Assembly: GCF_006345805.1 (NCBI RefSeq)
Contig: NC_042998.1
Location: forward strand, 180,730,001-180,794,000
Source of the DNA: Octopus sinensis
Taxonomy: Eukaryota
Direction: 5' to 3'
Length of the DNA stretch: 64,000 nt
Part shown: positions 23,841 to 36,958 of the stretch, one piece after another
Numbering within the stretch: the first letter of the stretch is position 1
Layout of the letters: every line of letters starts with the position of its first letter
The notes under the pieces: model-generated
Databases searched by the model: none
What the model saw: the letters and a program-made list of their open reading frames with translations, nothing else
What the model was told of the DNA's origin: nothing
Made by a program: the position numbers and the translations under genes

Positions 23841-24912
23841 GGTGGTGGTGGTGGTGGTTGTGGTGGTGGTGGTGTTTGTGTTTGTGGTGGTAGTAGTAGT
23901 AGTGGTGGTGGTGGTGGTGGTGGTGGTAGTAGTAGTAGTAGTAGTGGTGGTGGTGGTGTTTGTGGTGGTGGTAGTCGTAGTAGTAGTAGTATGGACATAA
24001 CGTTTTAAATCTCAAGGGGAGGTGGGTGATTAATTACATCGACCTCAGTATTCAACTGGTATTTATTTTATTGACCCCCGAAATAAGAATTGCGTTAAAA
24101 AGAAGGGGAAGACCTTGGGGGGGGGTGTTCATGTATTGTGCATGATCTTTAATCAGTTTGCGCCAGAAGTACCATTTTTTCAGACTATTTTTACGAACGA
24201 TTCTATTATAGAAGTAGAATCTGAATTTATAAGGAGTTCTCTATGTTGTTGATCGAATCCATAAAAAATAGCAGTCAAATCTCACGCAAATCACGCCTAC
24301 AATCTTTAACACGGAACGAAACATGGGATGACGCAATCCTAGATACATCAAATTCCTTTTAAAAATAGGACGACCATGATTGGAACGCTTGGAGTTACAG
24401 GCCTACAGTACCATAGCTGATTTGAAGCTAAGTGATCAAAACAACGGACACAGTGAGTCACAGTGGTTCGTTGGGCTATTACCATTTGTGCAAGTTGTCT
24501 TATAACACCAGCCTTTCTAGCTCCTTTGAAGCTGTAAAACTTATAGATCGAATATGGCGGCTTGGTTGATGAATGCCAGAAGTACAAATAGCAGTATTCT
24601 ACTTTAATACATTACATTGAATTTTTGTCTTTTCTTTTTTCGTCTAATTGTTTATATTCTTTTTTTCCTTTTTTTTTATTTTTTATTTTTTATTATCCTA
24701 CTCTGGCTTAGCAGCCTTGACCCGAAGTTTATTCAACATGAGGGTCAGAAATTAATTAACAAACTGCAAACAAAATACAACACAACAACCACAGCAACAA
24801 CAAGAACAACGACGACGACGACGACGATGCTGCTGCTGATGACGATGATGATGAAGGAGATAAGGATAATAATAATAATAGTAATATCAACAACAACAAT
24901 AATAATAATAAC

Positions 24913-24964
<52 letters not shown>

Positions 24965-24999
24965 GTAATATCATCATCAACAACAACAACAATAATAAA

Positions 25000-25051
<52 letters not shown>

Positions 25052-25755
25052 CTGAATGCGCCTAAATGGAGGGAATAATAATAACATCTGAATACATCTA
25101 AATGGAAGGAATCAATAAGATGCTGAAATATTTGGCTGAGAGTAAAAGAACAGCATTAGAGATAAAAAAAAAATACAAAAGCATACAAAAAGACAAGTAA
25201 AAAGATAATATTACCCAAATAATGAAAATAAATGTGTTTTGGTCTGTCTGAGGTTTTCAATGGAGAAAGTTATTGATCCGACTTTCTTATCATGATCTTG
25301 AAAGTACCCGAATCTAAACGTATACTATGCACATACGCACGTTCATGCATGACTACACACATTATAAATGAACGTAGAAATATGTTTGTGTGTTGGTGTA
25401 TGTGTGAGAGAGAGAGTCTGTGCGTGTGTGTGAGCACATGCGCTCGTGTATGTGTGCGTAAGCCCATTTATACGTCCACACGCGTTCAAATATTCGTGAT
25501 AGATATCAGTACGATACGTACATGTATACAGAAGATGTACGGATGTTTGTTTTCTCTACACTTTACACACACACACACACTCACACACTGATGCACACAC
25601 ACATGCAACGCACAAAGACACACACATATATAAACATGGCGATATATATACAAGGATATGTATATATATTATATGTAATATATATATATCATATATAATA
25701 TATATATTGGCTATAATATATATATATATTATATATAATACACATATATAATATG

Positions 25756-25810
<55 letters not shown>

Positions 25811-25894
25811 AATATGTATATATTCCTTAAATCCTCAAAAATGTTTCAGCCAGAAGTCTGCGGCCATGCTGGGACACCACCGTTGAATGAGCTA

Positions 25895-26172
25895 CACTAG
25901 TATGTGCATCCACCTCTGATACGTGGCACCTGGTCGACAAAGGAGTTCGATGCCGCTGCCCGAATTTGTGTCTCCTGCCGAGAGGTAGGTTCATCTGGGG
26001 CCCCCGACAAGAAGAGTTCCAGTTTAGTTTTAAAGAAACCCACATCCACACCATGCAAGTCTCTCAGGCGCTTAGGGGGATGTTGAAGAGCGGCGGTCCT
26101 CTGAAACCCAAGCTGTTGCAGTATCTGGTCCTGTATTTTGATGGTGATGTTGGGATCTTTGGCACCATGCAG
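25895..26172 (-). mobile_element. CR1/L2-group LINE ORF2 3' fragment
   Basis: Minus strand GRHCMVPKIPTSPSKYRTRYCNSLGFRGPPLFNI..KRLRDL...FKTKLELFLSGAPDEP...AAASNS, with one frameshift. Confidence 0.75.
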
Positions 26173-26312
26173 TGCCGGCCCGTAATATATATTTTATATA
26201 TAATATATATATATTATATATATTATAATATGTTATATATATATATCATACTATAATATATATATAACATATATATTATATATGTATGCATATATGTGTG
26301 TGTATATTTGTG

Positions 26313-26381
<69 letters not shown>

Positions 26382-27186
26382 AAATCTTCTTATTGATATA
26401 TGAACGTTAATCCTGGGTTAGCTCTATCTGAAGATATCGAGCATTATTGGGAACATATTAATATTTACATATGAATCAACTACAGAATAGTATATATGGC
26501 AGAATTCAGTTAGCTTCGTGTTAACAACGTAGGCCCCTTTTAATTCGTTTACATCTATTCTTTTTCAGCTCTTCTAAGTGTGCATCTATTTGGTACTCTC
26601 CTTTTTTCTTCTTTGTTGCGTTCCTTTTACTAAAAAGCACATGCTAATGAAAATTAGTTTTCAAATCGTCCGTACATCCACTAATGATTTTGTATGTAAC
26701 ACGTGAATCTTTAAGATCACTAATCTGAAGACTCATACGGATATATTTTTTCTAATATCTATTCATATAGAAATATTCGGTTTCCAATATATTTAGACGT
26801 TTCACTGGACGCATATTTCAATTAAAACCATCTGAAAATATCGAGTATTATCGTGATATTAATATTCATAAGTCAATAATATATTGCAAATTTTAATTTA
26901 ATAATCAGCCCTTTCTGAGAGAAGTAGAATACTTGAAAGTGTTTATATTCAAGAGATGTTTCGAGTATGCATGTATTTAACATTTTTTGTTGTTCAGCTT
27001 GTTCTGGTGGGTCTCCTTGCTTCTAGGAAATACACATAATACTAAGTAACAAGGAATTAGGTATGTATGTAAGACGTTCAGGTCTGAAACTGCAGGTAGG
27101 TTATGTTCTTTATATTGTTTAACTGTTTAGCTCTAGACCCCAACACACACAAACACACTCACACACATAAACACAAACACACCACT

Positions 27187-27226
<40 letters not shown>

Positions 27227-27228
<2 letters not shown>

Positions 27229-27638
27229 CGCAGGAGTGGCTGTGTGGTAAGTAGCTTGCTTACCAACCACATGGTTCCGGGTTCAGTCCCACTGCGTGGC
27301 ACCTTGGGCAAGTGTCTTCTACTATAGCTTCGGGCCGACCAAAGCCTTGTGAGTGGCTTTGTTAGACGGAAACTGAAAGAAGCCCGTCGTATATATGTAT
27401 ATGTATATATATATTTGTGTATGTGTGTGTATATGTTTGTGTGTCTGTGTGTCCCCCAACATCACCTGACAACCGATGCTGGTGTGTTTATGTCCCCCGT
27501 CACTTAGCGGTTCGGCAAAAGAGACCGATAGAATAAGTACTAGGCTTAAGTCCTGGGGTCGATTTGTTCGACTAAAGGCGGTTTTCCAGCATGGCCGCAG
27601 TCAAATGACTGAAACAAATAAAAGAGTAAAGAGTAAAA
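27227..27638 (+). mobile_element. SINE family A, full length
   Basis: GGCGCAGGAGTGGCTGTGTGG A-box, GGTTCAGTCCC B-box, CORE-like CACCTTGGGCAAGTG, (GAGTAAA)n tail. Confidence 0.92.
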
Positions 27639-27680
<42 letters not shown>

Positions 27681-27784
27681 CATGCCTATATATATGTTTG
27701 TGTGTAGATACGTCTATGTATGTACGTATGAATGTATACATACTCATGTATATACATGTCTGTGTGTGCATGCGTGTGTGTGTG

Positions 27785-27825
<41 letters not shown>

Positions 27826-28656
27826 AAATTCGCATTCACGTGTATTTGCAGATTTTCGAAGAATGCCAGTGAAAGTGATATTTATCAAATTCATTCTGAT
27901 TTTCAGAATCATGTCTCCATCTGTAAAGGTCTTGTGGCTTCCACTAAAATGTCCTCAAAGTAACACCCAAAAGTAAATATGTACATGCACACACGCACAC
28001 ACACATATATACACACACACACAAACATATACACACCACACACTCACACATACATATGCATGCATACATTCATATATTCATATGTGCATACGTAGATACA
28101 TATATAAAAAGTGAGAAGAGTCGGAGCTACACGTGTTCTGGTCTAAACTCTCTCAATAAATTGACGAAAATAAGGTTTGTACCGTAAATGATTGTGTATA
28201 CCCTCAGTAAATCATCAGTGTGTTGGGACATGATTTTATTCCAATTTGTAGTAATCTGGAATTATCTTCAATGTCTAATCCACCAGTGACTTGCCGTTGG
28301 AAAACGAAATCCGAAATTAATGAAGCTTTATAGGCTGTAGTTTTCTCGTTTATGTAACACTTCATTTTCTAATAGGTTCAGATCAAAGGATGTTGCTGGT
28401 AATTAACCCAATCAAGTTTATCATTAGAGCTAAGCCAGTCTTTCATGCTAATTAAAATTATCAGGTAACTGAAACTTGTTGGAATATTGTGAAAATTATA
28501 TGATAATACGTGTAGGCAACGGAATAACCACCCAAGCTTTAGGTTTTATCGTTGCATCTTGGAGCACTGTCCAAATACCAGCTTAACACTATCCAGAACT
28601 GTCCTTTATATTGTAATAGTGAGGAATCGCTTGATACTTGCAATTGTATACTAGGG

Positions 28657-29073
28657 TTAGAAACTTGAAGAAAGGCTGAAGACGCTCGGCCTTTATTCTC
28701 TAAAAAAACAACGACGCCGTGGTGATCTCATTCTTGCTCACAACATCATAAGCGGAAAGTATAAACTCTGGAAAGAGCTGTTCTTCACTCCTGCTCCAGA
28801 ACGTCGGTTGCGGGGTCACTCCGAAAAGCTCTATCTGCGACGATTTCATCTCAATCGAAGGAGAGGGTTTTCTCCGTCCGGGTTGCGGATCCGTGGAATA
28901 AGCTGCCGGACGAGATAGTGAAGATGCAGACGACCGCTCGGTTCAAAGTCTCCCTTGACCACAAATGGCCTAAACTCTTTGCATGAACACCAACCTGTAC
29001 ATAACTCCATGTCCCCCTACATGGCCTTGCTTTTTGCTTTTTGAGCCAAAAAATTAACTTAACTTAACGTAAC
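28657..29073 (+). mobile_element. CR1-group LINE 3' end
   Basis: LEERLKTLGLYSLKKQRRRGDLI...RLRGHSEKL...WNKLPDEIV...FKVSLD, stop at 28984-28986, (TTAAC)n tail. Confidence 0.9.
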
Positions 29074-30436
29074 TTGAGTTTGATGGATGACGGTTGAAAG
29101 AGACATTCGAAGCAAATTGCTAAATGGCTGTGTTGCCTCTAAACAACACTTCAAGCCAGTCTAACTTTTATGTATAGGATCCCCCATGATATTCTGTTAT
29201 AGCCGCTAATTATTTGTCTTTTCGTTTGGCATAAATCAAGCTCTGTTATCGTTGCTGTTGTAATTTTGCATTTTACTATAACTGGAAACTACAATTGTAT
29301 GGCACTGTTAGATGTTAATGTAGGTGAAGAACGCAATATATATATATAAATCTCATGGCGGTTCTGTCATGAGATTTATATCTACCTGTTTGACGAAATT
29401 CAGATAACACTTTCCAAAACATAAAAAAAGCAAAAAGAAATATCTGTAGCTCCACTGATATGTGGTTGGATATTAATCCATTGTCAAATAAATTACTGGC
29501 ATTTGTCGCTTGTTTTTTTTTAAAGATGACTCTATCATAAAAAAAACATTTTGGTGAATAAAAAATATGAAATTATGAGATATTATTTCATCTTTCCCAT
29601 GCAATACGGTAATATAAAATAAATTTGTTATTTCTAAATATCTAATAGACAATTAGATTTTAACCTTACATCAAAACATATGGCAAAAAATAGAAAACGT
29701 CATGTAGGATTTTTAGATTTTTGCCCTGCGGATTTGATCCAAATACTTTCAAATAAAGGCACTGAATGATCATATAGAGAGTTGAAATACATCGGACTAT
29801 ATCAACCTCCTATGGTCGTCGACAGATTTTCCGTCTCCAAATTTGCTTCAGAAGTCTTTGCTTGACACAAGGCTATGCTAGAAGTGCCACATAATGAGAT
29901 TGAATCTGAAAACTCTTAGTTGCAAACTAATATTCTGAAACCCACTGCGATAGTAAACCCTAATATATATATTTTTCAATCAATACGCCCAAGGAATACA
30001 GTCCCATGTAACTCCCTATTTTCTTGTTCTTTCACAAATATCGATCTACAGAATTTAAGCTGAGCATGAAGTGTATCGATCTAACAAATACGGGAGGGTT
30101 TCCGACTGTCTGACAGAACGATAATTGCAAATCTAATCATCTAAAATATATGCATATACATTTCTTTCGACTACTGCCCCCCTCTCTCATTCTCACTTTC
30201 TCTCTCTCTCTGTCTCTCTTTCTTTCTTTCTCTATCTATCTGTCTACTTTTGTGTTTGTGCTCGTGTGTGTTCCTAAATTTGTGCGGGTGCAATGCCTAG
30301 CCGTGCTATTTCCTGCATGGCATGCATATTATTTCGTCTTCAGATTTTTTCCATGTACTTTCCTGAATACTTCCAAATCATACCCAATAGACCTAATATT
30401 ATTAAGATTATTTCTGCTTTCAATCGTCGTATTCTA

Positions 30437-30850
30437 CTCTTTTACTCTTTACTCTTTTACTTGTTTCAGTCATTTGACTGCGGCCATGCTGGAGCACCGC
30501 CTTTAGTCGAGCAAATCGACCCCAGGACTTATTCTTTGTAAGCCCAGTACTTATTCTATCGGTCTCTTTTGCCGAACCGCTAAGTGACGGGGACGTAAAC
30601 ACACCAGCATCGGTTGTCAAGCAATGCTAGGGGGAGAAACACAAACACACATACACACACACACACATATATATATATGCATATATACGACAGGCTTCTT
30701 TCAGTTTCCGTCTACCAAATCCACTCACAAGGCATTGGTCGGCCAGGGGCTACAGCAGAAGACACTTGCCCAAGATGCCACGCAGTGGGACTGAACCCGG
30801 AATCATGTGGTTGGTTAGCAAGCTAATTGCCACACAGCCACACCTGCGCC
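30437..30850 (-). mobile_element. SINE family A with a 7-bp target-site duplication
   Basis: TATTCTA at 30430-30436 and 30851-30857; paralogous empty site at 36443-36449. Confidence 0.92.
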
Positions 30851-31143
30851 TATTCTAGTTATCATTTTTTTCCAAATATTTAATAATATTTTTTGCGAAT
30901 TTCCCTATTTCCTGCAACACGGTATCACCTTATGGGATCGACGCTTCGATCAAGGGGATTTACTTTCCCTTTCTTGCTTGGCAGCAACGATTATTGTAGA
31001 TGTATGCTGAATATTACGGAGGAAGATGAGCTCTCGCCATGGTACTCCCGTATAGCACAGTGAGTCGAAATCTGTCAAGTTCCTTTGTCGACTCCTGGAT
31101 GACGTTTCCTTCAATAGGGTAATCTAGTTAATATAGAACGTCG

Positions 31144-31178
<35 letters not shown>

Positions 31179-31263
31179 GTCATCCTTCTTCTCATTCTTC
31201 TTCTTCTTCTCCTTCTTCTTTTTCTTCTTCTTCTTCTTCTCATTATTATTATTATTATTATTA

Positions 31264-31295
<32 letters not shown>

Positions 31296-33944
31296 GTTCA
31301 GTAGTTTTATTTTTATAGCGTGCTTTCACTTCACTACCGAGCACAGCTCTGTGTGCCTTGGGTATGTGCTGTGATTTGTTGTGATGCTCTGATGGTTATT
31401 GTATGGAAAGTGTTCTGCGTAGGATGTGTGCAGTGCCTAGTAGTGCAATTTTCTGTATGTTATATGTGTTTGTAAGTCCTGGTGTTTTTGTTATGTATTT
31501 GTCTGAATATTTTTTTATCATGCCTAATACACCTACTATGATAGAAATTGTTTCTGTTTTCAGATTCCACATTCTTGTTACCTCTATTTCCAGGTCTTTG
31601 TATTTTGAGAGTTTCTCCATTTCTTTTAGAGACACGTTGTCATCAGCCGGTATTGATACATCACTTAGAAAGCATTTTTTCTTCATGATCTCTGACAACT
31701 ATATCTGGTCTGTTGGCCTTAATTTCTCTATCTGTGTGTATCGGCATATCCCAGAGTATGGTTGCTTTCTCGTTTTCTGTGACCTTTTCTGGTGTGTGCC
31801 TATACCATCTTTTTTCTGTTGTTATTCCATAATGTTGGCATAGCTTCCAATGTATGTAGGTTCCAACTCTGTCATGTCTGTGAATATATTCCTTCTTAGC
31901 CAGACTGGGCAGCTAGAGATAATATGATTATTGTTTCTTGTCCATCTCCACATATTCTGCAGTTACTCGTAATATTTCTTTTCATTACATGTTTTTGGTA
32001 ATTTCTGGTGGGGAGGCTTTGGTCTTGTGCTGCAATTAAAAATCCCTCTGTTTCTGCTTTGAGTCCTGAGCTTCTCAACCATTGCTGGGATTTTTCTTTG
32101 TCTATTTCTTTTGCGTTTAGTTTAGTCCACTATTTACCATGAAGGGGCTTTTCTTGCCATCGTTTTATCATGGTTCGTTGCTGTTCTATTTTTAGTTTGG
32201 ATTTCATTTGTTTTATAGCTTTTGTTGTTTCTTCTTCATCTTCTTCTTCTTCTTCTTCATGTTTATTAGGTGGTATGATTTCTTGTTTGTATTTGTCAGC
32301 TTCCTTAAATACTGAGAACAGTTTTTTGTTTTGCTCGTGTTTTGCCGCTATCTGGATCAGTTTTCCTTCCTTCTGAAGTAGATATTTTTGCAGTCCTAAG
32401 GTGGTTATTTTATAGTAGTTTTCCAGCTGTATAAGGCCTCTACCACCTTCTATACGTTGTATATATAGTCTTTCTATGTCAGATTTTGGGTGATGCATCC
32501 TAGATCCTGTCATTATTTTTCTTGTTTTCCTATCTATTTTGGTCAGTTCATTTCGTGTCCAGTTAAGGATATTGTAGCTGTAACTTATAACTGGGACAGC
32601 TAAAGTGTTGATACCTATTATCTTGTTTTTAGCATTGAGCTCTGTGTTTAGTATTGATCTAACTCGTCTATAATATTCTTTTTTTATTTTCTCTTTCATT
32701 TGTGTGTGTTGTGTCTTATCTAGTTCATGGATTCCTAAGTATTTGTAAGTTTGGCTTTGGTCTAATTCTTTTATTTCATTGGTTTTATCTAGTGTGATGT
32801 TGTTACTCTTAACTAGTTTTCCTCTTTTCATGGTTACTTTGGCGCATTTTTCTAATCCAAATTTCATATCTATTTCTTTGGTAAATCCATGAACTGTCTT
32901 TAATAGTGTTTCCAGCTGTTTGTCATTTGCAGCGTATAGTTTTAGGTCATCCATATATAAAAGGTGGCTGATCGTTTTGCCGTAACATTTATATCCGCAT
33001 CCAGTTCTGTTTAGCATATCCGATAGAGGTGACAGTGCCAAGCAGAAAAGGAGTGGAGAGAGCGTGTCTCCCTGGAATATTCCTCTTCTAATGGGGATGT
33101 ATTTGGTTTTCATGAGTCCCTCTTTTGTTTGGAGGTGTAGGACTGTTTGCCATTTATTCATAGAGTGCTCTATGAATTTTATGATTGTTGGTGCTACTTT
33201 GTTAATGGCTAGTGTTTCGAGGATCCATGTGTGGGGGATGCTATCAAACGCCTTTTTGTAGTCAATCCAGGCCATACTGAGGCCTTTCTTCTTTCTGTGG
33301 CTGTCTTCAGTTATGGCTTTATTAATCATTAGTTGATCTTTACAGCCATATGAGCCTTTGCGGCATCCTTTCTGCTCTTCTGGGAACAGTTTGTTTTCGT
33401 CCAGGTGCTTGTTCAGCCTTTGTGATATCACTGCAGTAAATGCCTTGAACATAGTAGGGAGGCAGGTTATTGGTCTGTAGTTTTCTGGTTTTTCTGTTTC
33501 ATTTGATTTGGGAATTAAGATGGTTTTCCCCTTCGTGAGCCATTCAGGCATTGTCTCTGGCTCTGCTAGTACGTTGTTAATGTTTTCAGTCAGCTTTTTG
33601 TGCATTCCTGTTAGATATTTCAACCAGAAGTTGGGGATCTTGTCATGCCCAGGTGCCTTCCAGTTGCTTAGTCTTTGCAGTGCCTGGGTGACCTCTTCAT
33701 TTGTTATGGGGGTCCAAAGTTGTTCAGATGCCGAGTTTGTTATTCTGATACTCCTTTTTTTTGGTGGTTCGTTCGCCGACCATATTTCTCCCCAGAATTC
33801 TTCCAATTCTTCTGCCGTTGGTGCTGCAGTGACTTCTATTTTATTTTTTCCCAGTTCTTGGTAGAACCTTTTGGGGTTGGAGTTGAACTTTTTGTTTTCT
33901 TCAAAGAAGCGTTGGCGTTTCTTGTACCGGCGGATCCTTTGTGC

Positions 33945-33947
<3 letters not shown>
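31296..33947 (-). mobile_element. 5'-truncated R4/Dong-type non-LTR retrotransposon in (TAA)n
   Basis: RT, then CRICGDGQETI (CCHC-type knuckle), then PD..D..K restriction-like endonuclease (CFLSDVSIPADDNVSLKEMEKLSKYKDL), ORF end at 31396. (TTA)n on both flanks; one in-frame TAG and one frameshift. Confidence 0.93.
32130..33806 (-). CDS. Reverse transcriptase region of the R4/Dong-type element (frame stays open upstream to ~33947)
   Basis: KAPGHD, YRPITCL, QKGCRKG, WIDYKKAFDSIPH, RGIFQGDTLSPLLF, HLLYMDDLKLY. Confidence 0.95.
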   Translation of the reverse strand: MEEFWGEIWSANEPPKKRSIRITNSASEQLWTPITNEEVTQALQRLSNWKAPGHDKIPNFWLKYLTGMHKKLTENINNVLAEPETMPEWLTKGKTILIPKSNETEKPENYRPITCLPTMFKAFTAVISQRLNKHLDENKLFPEEQKGCRKGSYGCKDQLMINKAITEDSHRKKKGLSMAWIDYKKAFDSIPHTWILETLAINKVAPTIIKFIEHSMNKWQTVLHLQTKEGLMKTKYIPIRRGIFQGDTLSPLLFCLALSPLSDMLNRTGCGYKCYGKTISHLLYMDDLKLYAANDKQLETLLKTVHGFTKEIDMKFGLEKCAKVTMKRGKLVKSNNITLDKTNEIKELDQSQTYKYLGIHELDKTQHTQMKEKIKKEYYRRVRSILNTELNAKNKIIGINTLAVPVISYSYNILNWTRNELTKIDRKTRKIMTGSRMHHPKSDIERLYIQRIEGGRGLIQLENYYKITTLGLQKYLLQKEGKLIQIAAKHEQNKKLFSVFKEADKYKQEIIPPNKHEEEEEEDEEETTKAIKQMKSKLKIEQQRTMIKRWQEKPLHGK

Positions 33948-33999
<52 letters not shown>

Positions 34000-34550
34000 G
34001 AGGGAGGGAGCAGTGCATGCCATCAAAGTGACACTGGGGTAAAATATACAAAGCTCAGTATACCCATCATGACTACCCGTCTGATAAGAGTACACCAGGC
34101 ACATGCATCACAAACATGTGCACGACATAGTGATCTCATATCAAGATAAACAACACATGATCTTGCAGGTGGGGCCCAGTTAGAATTTCATCTGGTCGAG
34201 TAAATCATACGGCTCAAAAGGTCCCTGAATAAGGGTTGTTTAAGGATGTTGAACGAAACACCCATGTTTCCAGAAGTAAATTATTCAAACCCCAAAGAAT
34301 CTCTCTCAACACATGCTATGATGTTCTCCCACTAATTCTGCTCGTGATCAGAGATGCACATATCGTCAGCCACTAAGGGACGTGATCAACTGGTTAGGGT
34401 CAAACAACTGACAAGCAAATCTGTGGTATTGAGCAGAATATTTGCTGTAGCCCATCTTTTATACCAAGACAAAACAATGTACATGATAACACTTCCAATC
34501 AGTTAAGATCAGCAGCCATGAGAGCCACTGCCTGGTACTGCATCAGGGTA
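34000..34550. mobile_element. ~550-bp non-coding dispersed repeat between (TTA)n tracts
   Basis: Partial copies at 35575-35853 (same orientation) and 23065-23740 (opposite orientation). Confidence 0.8.
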
Positions 34551-34561
34551 TTTATTATTAC

Positions 34562-34608
<47 letters not shown>

Positions 34609-34699
34609 TATTATTATTATTATTATTATCATTATTATTATCATCATCGTCGTCGTCGTCGTCGTCGTTGTTGTTTTCCGATAATATCAATTAATGGGC

Positions 34700-35530
34700 A
34701 TGTCTTTTGTCTTAGGTCATTGACGACGATGACTGGTCAGTTATCCTTTACTTGCCTCTCTGTATGTATCCCATGATCCCATAGGTTGGTAACGTTCTCT
34801 CCCTCAGTGACTGGCTCTGGATGGTGTTCGTATCAGTTTTTAGGTTGCGGGATATGATAGTGATGACATACGCTCCAGCGCAAGTATTGGCCAACTTGAT
34901 TATGCCTGGATTTATATTCTGTAGAAGTAAGGACTGAGCAACGGGCAACAATGTGGTCAATACTCTCAAGTTTGTCATTTCAGAATCAACACTGTGTCTA
35001 CCTCATTGTGTACGACATTAGCTTAATAGTTCCGAGTGAGGAGACGCTAACCTTGGGCCGCTAGGATAAATCTTTGTTTCGACTTTCAAACCAACACTCT
35101 GCAGCCACTGATGAGTTCTTCTCATATCTACATCAGCTTCCCCAACTCGTTTTGGGTATCGCTAATGCAATGGTTTTTCTTGTTGCAGTCTCAATATTAC
35201 CTTCAAGCTTTCTTCTTTGGCTTTTACACTTTGTTGCTGCCTTAGTGGGTGGCGTGTTATCCTTATCATCAACATAAACAGGCAAGCTAAGTTCTCGTTT
35301 ATCTATATGCCCCCTTTGAGATAGAGTGCGGTTTCTTAATATGTTCATGCTGCCTTACCAGCTGTATCATCCAGTCGGTCGTAATTTGGATGTTCACTTG
35401 GAGTCCTATCGTGGTCATTTTATAGGACGTTTCAAGCTGGGTTAGGCCTCTGGCACTTCCCTTTCCGGTTTCCGATGACTGTTCAGGTAATCGCACTGAA
35501 TCATTCCACCCGTCAGGATTTTGCAATTTT
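34700..35530 (-). mobile_element. Second, decayed R4/Dong-type remnant
   Basis: RGLTQLETSYKMTTIGL; IDHIVARCSVL..EYKSRHNQVGQYL; YEHHPEPVTEGENVT. 34820-34985 is duplicated at 36257-36420. Confidence 0.85.
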
Positions 35531-35859
35531 CATTCTTGGTGACTCTTAATTATCATTATTATTATCATTGACTGAGAGAGTAGTGTATACTATTAAAGTG
35601 ACAATGGGGTACAAATATACGAAGCCCCATATAAGCGTACACCAAGTACATACATCACAACCATATCTGCGTGATATAGTGATCTCAAACCAAGATAAAC
35701 AACGCATGACCTCGCAGGTGGGGCACAGTTAGAATTTTTTGTGGTCGAGTAGCCCATCCCGCTCAAAAGGTCTCTGAATAAGGTTTAAGATGATGGACGG
35801 AGCACCCATGTTTCCAGAGGTGAATTATTCAAACACCAAGGAATTTCTCTCAACTTAAA

Positions 35860-36194
35860 CAGTGGAGTGGCCTTTCTTCGGATGCAGCCTCGAATGTCTC
35901 TATGTGTAGCAGCAGCACTGTGTTTAGATGCTGGAGCAGTGTACCATTGAAGATGTTACTTGCACTTTGAAATTTATTAGTAATTATTGAAAGTTAAATA
36001 TTTTCTATTTCTGAAGAGAAATGCCAAATTTTGTAATTCAGCTTTTGCTATTTTTAAGGAGTCTGTTCGCAACGGGAGGTCACCAGTGATGGCTAGGCCG
36101 TAGTATCTATGGCCACATTGAATATTCAAGCTGCGGTTTGTACATATGTGGATGGTATACGATTTATTCCAAGTAACATGAGCTGCAACTTGGC
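35860..36194 (-). other. Candidate exon or pseudo-exon (QVAAHVTWNKSYTIHICTNRSLNIQCGHRYYG...)
   Basis: Acceptor TTTCCTTTAACATTTCAG| and ~70 open codons; removing one T in a TTT run would extend the frame about 45 codons. Confidence 0.25.
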
Positions 36195-36921
36195 CTGAAA
36201 TGTTAAAGGAAACAAGATTAGCATGATATCCTCGAAGAATGCTTTTGACGGCTCTAAATGGTGTTCGTATCAGTTTTTAGGTTGCGGGATATGATAGTGA
36301 TGACATACGCTCCAGCGCAAGTATTGGCCAACTTGATTATGCCTGGATTTATATTCTGTAGAGGTAAGGACTAAGCAACCGGTAACAATGTGGTCAATAC
36401 TCTCAAGTTTGTCATTTCAGAAATTTCTGCTTTCAATCGTTGTATTCTAGGTATCATTTTTTCCAAATATTTAGTAATATTTTTTGCGAATTTCTCTATT
36501 TCCTACACGTCAATGATGCATGTATAAATTCAAATATATTGTGTCGGTGTTACACATGTTCCTTTATATAATGAAAGGATTCGAACTGCTGAATCTCGCA
36601 CAGGTTGAGTGGAACACTAGTGATTCACGTGCATGTGATTGCTCAGAAATCCTATATTTCAGCAGCAATGTGTGCGTCTCAGAATGTCTGTAATGCGTAT
36701 TATGTATATAATTATATATCTTGATATTGGCACCAAATCAGTTCATACTATTGTCCAATTTATTAATTTTAGGCGCCCAAGATAAGGGTTGTGATATTTC
36801 ATTTGAAGTTATAGCATTTATTTCTTTTTGATGTATATTTGTATACGTGTACGTGGCTACGAAATCTATACCCATTCTCACATATATGAATATTCACATT
36901 TCTACATATACATTTATCCCA

Positions 36922-36958
<37 letters not shown>

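Noticed and set aside
27227-27300. tRNA genes at SINE heads (also 48895 and 22921)
   Set aside because: Only A/B boxes are retained; each continues into a SINE body and tail without a full cloverleaf.
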